This document shows, piece after piece, positions 59,510 through 64,000 of a stretch of DNA of 64,000 nt. The notes beneath the pieces were generated by a model, which saw only the letters and a program-made list of their open reading frames with translations, made no database searches and had not been told where the DNA came from. Every line of letters begins with the position of its first letter. Position 1 is the stretch's first letter. Origin of the DNA: Sphyrna mokarran (Eukaryota); assembly GCA_024679065.1 (NCBI GenBank), contig JAGIQG010000003.1, forward strand, positions 121,148,001 through 121,212,000, given 5' to 3'. The position numbers and the translations under genes were made by a program.

Positions 59510-60330
59510 GAATATAGAAGTGGAGATTCTCAGAAGAAAAGTAGTACTGAAGAATTAACCAAACTGGTAGAAAAATCAATTAGATTATAATCCACCATTG
59601 ATGCTCACACTCATGGAACCAAGGGAGATTGGAGAACAGACAATGCATTTTTTTTGCTACAACTTCCTAAAATTTAAGAGGTAGGGAAACTGTACATGAA
59701 GACCAGAGAAGGCAATAAATATCACTCCATTTTTAAAAAAATATACCAGGTAATAATCCACATTATGGATCAGGTAAACTTACTTCAATGTTGGTAAATT
59801 ATTAGAAGCTATAATATTGGATGAAATTATGTCAATGTCAAACTCTTTGAAGAAATAACAAACAACAGATAAACAAAATGACTTAGATTTGATTTACATG
59901 GATTTTCATATAGAATTTGTTAAGATGCCACAGGAAGTTTCAGCAAATATAATTCAGCAAATATATTTGCTAGCACGAGGGGACACAACTTTAAATTAAG
60001 GGGTATGAGTTATAGGACGGATATCAGAGGTAGGTTTTTTACTCAAAGAGTGATTAGGGAGTGGAATGCCCTGCCTGCAGCTGTTGTAGATGCGCCAAGT
60101 TTGGTGGCGTTTAAGAGGTTAGTTGATAAGTATATGGATGAGAAGGGAATGGTTTAGTTAGGAGGGGCATTGCTTTTTATTTTGGTCGGCACAACATCGA
60201 AGGCCGAAGGGCCTGTTCTGTGCTGTATTGTTCTATGTTCTATAATGGCACGTGAAATGAAAGGGACTTAAAAGACTATAAATAAGAGGGGATTATCAGA
60301 GGATACAACAGGCTTTTCTGGAAGAAAATG
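59510..60330 (+). mobile_element. Old CR1 fragment hosting a young CR1 3' end at 59972-60243
   Basis: Host: NITPFFKK, DLIYMDF..EF.KMP. Insert: TRGHNFKLRG...FFTQRVIREWNALP, near-identical to 21910-22124. Confidence 0.85.
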
Positions 60331-60339
60331 TGGAGGGGG

Positions 60340-61285
60340 GTAGTTCTGATTAGTAAGTTTATGGATGGCACAAAGATTGGAGGAGTTGCTGATAATGCCG
60401 GGGATTGTCAGAGGATACAACAGGATATAGATAGATTGGAGACTTGGGCACAGAAATGGCTGATGGAATTTAATCTAAAATGTGAGGTGATACATTTTGG
60501 AGGATCAAATTTAGGTATGAATTACACTATAAATGACACAACCATAGGAACATTTAACTTACAGAGAAATCTGGGCATAGAGGTCCACAGTTCCCTAAAA
60601 GTGGCAACACAGATAGCCAAAGTGATTAAGAATGCATATGGCATGCTTGTCTTCATCAGCTGAGGCATTGAGTATGAGCAATGGCACATCATGTTACAGC
60701 TATATAAAAAATCAGTTAGGCCGCATTTAGAGTATTACATGCAGTTCTGGTTGCCACAATGCAAGAAAGAAATGGAAGCTTTGGAGAGAGTGCAAAGAAG
60801 GTTCACCAGGATGTTGCTTCAAGGATGTTGGCTAATATCCTTGGCATTGGCTATGAGGTGAGGTTGAATTAAGCTGGAACAGTTTTCACTAGAAAAACAG
60901 AGGCCGAGGGGAAACCTGATAGAGGGCTACAAAATTATGAAAGGCGTACACAACGTGGATAGTCAGAGGCTTTTTCCCAGGATGGAAATATCAATTACAA
61001 GGGGGCCCACGTTCAAGATAAGAGGGGGAAAGTTTAAGGGAGATATGTAGGAGAAGTTATTCATGCAGAATACCTGGAATGTTCTGCCAGAGGAGATGGA
61101 AGGAGGCACATTAGCAACTTTTAAGAAGTATCTCAGTGGGAACATGAATAGGTAAGTAATAGAAGAGGGGGATGTGGACCGAGGAAGGACAGAAGGTTTT
61201 TTTCAATTTCGTTAGGGTATCATGATCAACACAGGTTTGGAGAGCTGAAGGGTCTGTTCCTATGCTGTATTTTTCTTTATTCTTA
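60340..61285 (+). mobile_element. CR1 LINE 3' portion
   Basis: ISKFMDGTKIGG...WAQKWLMEFN.KC; VRPHLEY.MQFW; tail gctgaagggtctgttcctatgctgta. Confidence 0.93.
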
Positions 61286-61472
61286 TTTGTATTGTCTAAC
61301 CTTTGTAAGGGCTTGGTTGCAGTTGGAGAAGTATGGGCAGTTTTGACATCCATCATTAGGATGTTGTGGAAGCAATGGAAAAAGGTGCAGTCTTAATTCA
61401 GTAGGTTAAGATTCATGAACTGAAATTCAAGACATAAGAAATATAAACTAGTTCCCCTGTAGAATGAAAGAG

Positions 61473-61620
61473 AACAAAGAACAAAGAACAAAACAGCACG
61501 GGAAACAGGCCCTTCGGCCCAACGAGCCCACGCTGCCACCTCGATGTTCCCACTTCTACCCGTGATCCCTGTCTATGTTTATAGATCTATGCATTGAAAC
61601 CAAATTTGAGACAATTTAGG
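61473..61620 (-). mobile_element. 5'-truncated copy of the V-SINE variant at 23785
   Basis: Shared ctacccgtgatccctgtctatgtttatagatctatg; (aacaaag)n tail on plus. Confidence 0.8.
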
Positions 61621-62344
61621 TTGAATTAATGACCAGATCATTGTATTCAAGTATATGAAGAAAATAAATGTTGCAGATTTTGAATAATTCTTTTCTAAGC
61701 TTTATTTTTTCTCTTTTATGACTATTCCTAAATTCCATGTGTATATAAAAATCTTTATTTCACTTCCTTGGAGATAGCTGCATCGTTTAGGTCTCACCTG
61801 GCCCAAGGTGGAAGGTGGGGCGATAGAGCCACAGAAGAAATTTGGCCAATGTAAGTGGGCAGAGAGTAGCAATTTAATACTGATTGCCATTCTGAGGTGG
61901 TTATGAAGGTTTTTTGAAGGTTTTGATCAAAGAAACCGAATATTGTCATAACAGCAGGACAACATCCTATTATTCTTTGAATACTGCTGCAATATGTTTT
62001 AACATCCATCTGAACATACAAGTGGAACCACAGTTTAATGTTTCATGCAGAGTCACCTCCAGCAGTACAGCTTCTGTTTCCCACCACCCAGTGTTAAAGT
62101 GTCTGCTGAAGAATTGGGACTTGAACCTACAATCTTCTATCTCAAGTAATGTAAGTGCAGTGCATTTGAGTCATGTTTTACATTATGAGCTAATGTAGGC
62201 AAATGATTTATTTACCTGCTTTAATCTTTAGCTAGACATCCCTATTCTGTCCAAAGCTAGTTACAGACAACTAATCAGGCATTTATTGTATGGAAAATAT
62301 GTATTGATCTTTACCATCACTTGGCGGTATATAACTTGAGTACC

Positions 62345-63300
62345 GCTAATAAAAATGACATGCTTTTGAAGCTTTTCATCTTGCACCCATCAGGACAGAT
62401 TCCCAAGAATACCAAATCTTAAAGGAAACAACAGAAGACGATACTGATTAGTTGGCAACTGAACCCTCACTGGTAGAGGTGTTGCCATGGAGAATGTCCT
62501 TGGGAACCATTAACTATCAAGCTGTTGTTCAACTTCAAACCAGGCAGATTGGCTCTGATTAGTCAACGCATTGCTATGGGGACTGACTGTAGAACATAGA
62601 ATATTACAGTGTAGTACAGGCCCTTCAGCCCTCGATGTTGCGCCGACCAGTGGAACCAATGTAATGACCCTCTAATCTAAACTATTCCAATATTATACAT
62701 TTGCCTATCCAATGACCATTTGAATGCCCTTAAAGTTGGCGAGTCCACTACTGGTACAGGCAGAGCATTCCACGCCCTTACTACATTGTGCATAAACAAA
62801 CTACATCTGAGGTCTCCCAAGGTTTTGTTCATCTGAAAAAGGTACAATGCACATATGTTTTTTTTCTATCTGCACAGAATAGGGCCCTCCTGCATTTGAA
62901 TATATGTAGCTTCTGACACAGTAACTGAGCCACATTGAGTCTCTGACTGATAATCTTAAATTGGCTTTAATGTAATTCTTAGCACAATCAGAATTGTTTA
63001 GTAAATGTTGTGCAATTGTGGAATCACACCTAATGTTGGGCACTATGTCCTAGTTTTGCAAGCACTAGTTGGGTACAGTCAACACTTTGTTGCAAACAGC
63101 CAAAGGGATGTGCTGTTTTATACAATCCACCAGCTGTTAGGATGTGCGGCCTACATACCTTGCATCACAATGGCACTGAAATTCATACACCACAGTATTA
63201 AGTTGTGCAATATCAAGACATCCTTTTGGCTTGATGGCAGTATTCTATTAGACCTTGGAGTAACTGGTATACCAGAGTCAAAATGTTCACAGTACTTAAT
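62345..63300 (-). mobile_element. Second Penelope-like family, decayed, interrupted by a CR1 3' end (62591-62782, -)
   Basis: Minus strand NTVVYEFQCHCDARYVGRTS*QL..CIKQHIP (GIY-YIG) and DSTIAQHLLNNSDCAKNY; hammerhead-like cCTGATGGgtgcaagatGAAAagctt near 62367-62393. Confidence 0.85.
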
Positions 63301-64000
63301 TGAGATTATTTAAATCATCATTCTTTTTTTACACAGAATTTTACAATTTATATAAACATCATTTGAATGCCAATCATTACTTCAGCATGACAAACAAAAG
63401 AAATCCAGTGTGGACATTTTAAGCAGAAGTCTTCTTAGCACCAATATTGTTATGTTAAGGACAATAAACAAATAATCAAATTCTTCAAACTCATCAATTA
63501 AGTTAGTAGCTTAGACAGGAGAATGTACTTCACAACTTTAGTATGTTATTGAAATACATAATGAAACATCAGGGTGAGTATGTCTAAAAGACTGGAGCTT
63601 TGCTTTTAAAAGCGGAGTCCCTTCTTCTCCCTACCAATTCATCATCAGGACAGCAGAGCTTTCACAGAAACCAACCTCTGCTCAGCTGCAAACTCATGAG
63701 GAGAGTGAATAGAATTGTTTCCTCATCTCTCTACTGATCTGAGTAATCTATCGACAATTGTCAGTGGGCATTGAGACCATTTTGCTCTAATTGCCCAACC
63801 TTCTCAAACAAGCAGCTCCCCTTGGGACTTTTAGAAATGAGTTAATATTGATTTTTTAAAAATATTAATTTATGGCTTTTGTCTACTAAGTGAGTATCTG
63901 TTGATAGATTGGAAATGTCTATTTCAGATTTGTTTCCAGTGAAATCAAATACAAAAACAGGGTATATGAGGCTGATAATTGTTTAGCAGAGACAGAAACA

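Noticed and set aside
1-64000. A novel prokaryote-style system (CRISPR, retron, defence island)
   Set aside because: The DNA is vertebrate and spliceosomal. All RT-like ORFs are broken LINE fragments; there is no regularly spaced repeat array or operon structure.
51702-64000. The preceding IARS1 exon (expected YPLKE...LEKYIIE-like)
   Set aside because: No matching peptide with splice sites was found by eye. It probably lies outside the window, although I could have missed it.

Overview
This is eukaryotic, AT-rich, intron-dominated vertebrate DNA, very probably shark/elasmobranch, judged from HE1-like V-SINEs plus CR1, Rex1/Babar and Penelope repeats. The only host gene I can support is the 3' part of cytoplasmic isoleucyl-tRNA synthetase (IARS1) on the minus strand. 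Nine coding exons lie between 51701 and 17337, all with GT-AG boundaries and compatible phases. They splice to a 1191-nt frame (396 aa plus TAA) ending in the tandem UNE-I repeats. The next upstream exon was not found, so it probably lies beyond 64000. Almost all other ORFs in the track are decayed reverse-transcriptase/endonuclease fragments or noise. I see no prokaryotic features, no CRISPR array and no clearly novel protein-coding system. The most interesting signals are non-coding: Penelope-derived minimal hammerhead-ribozyme motifs, including an 89-bp near-perfect intronic hairpin, with damaged cores in the host-sense copies; two young CR1 ends inserted at nearly the same homologous site of older CR1 copies; one SINE body carrying different LINE tails; and intron positions that record the UNE-I duplication. 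Repeat family names come from recognition, not database searches, and repeat boundaries are approximate.
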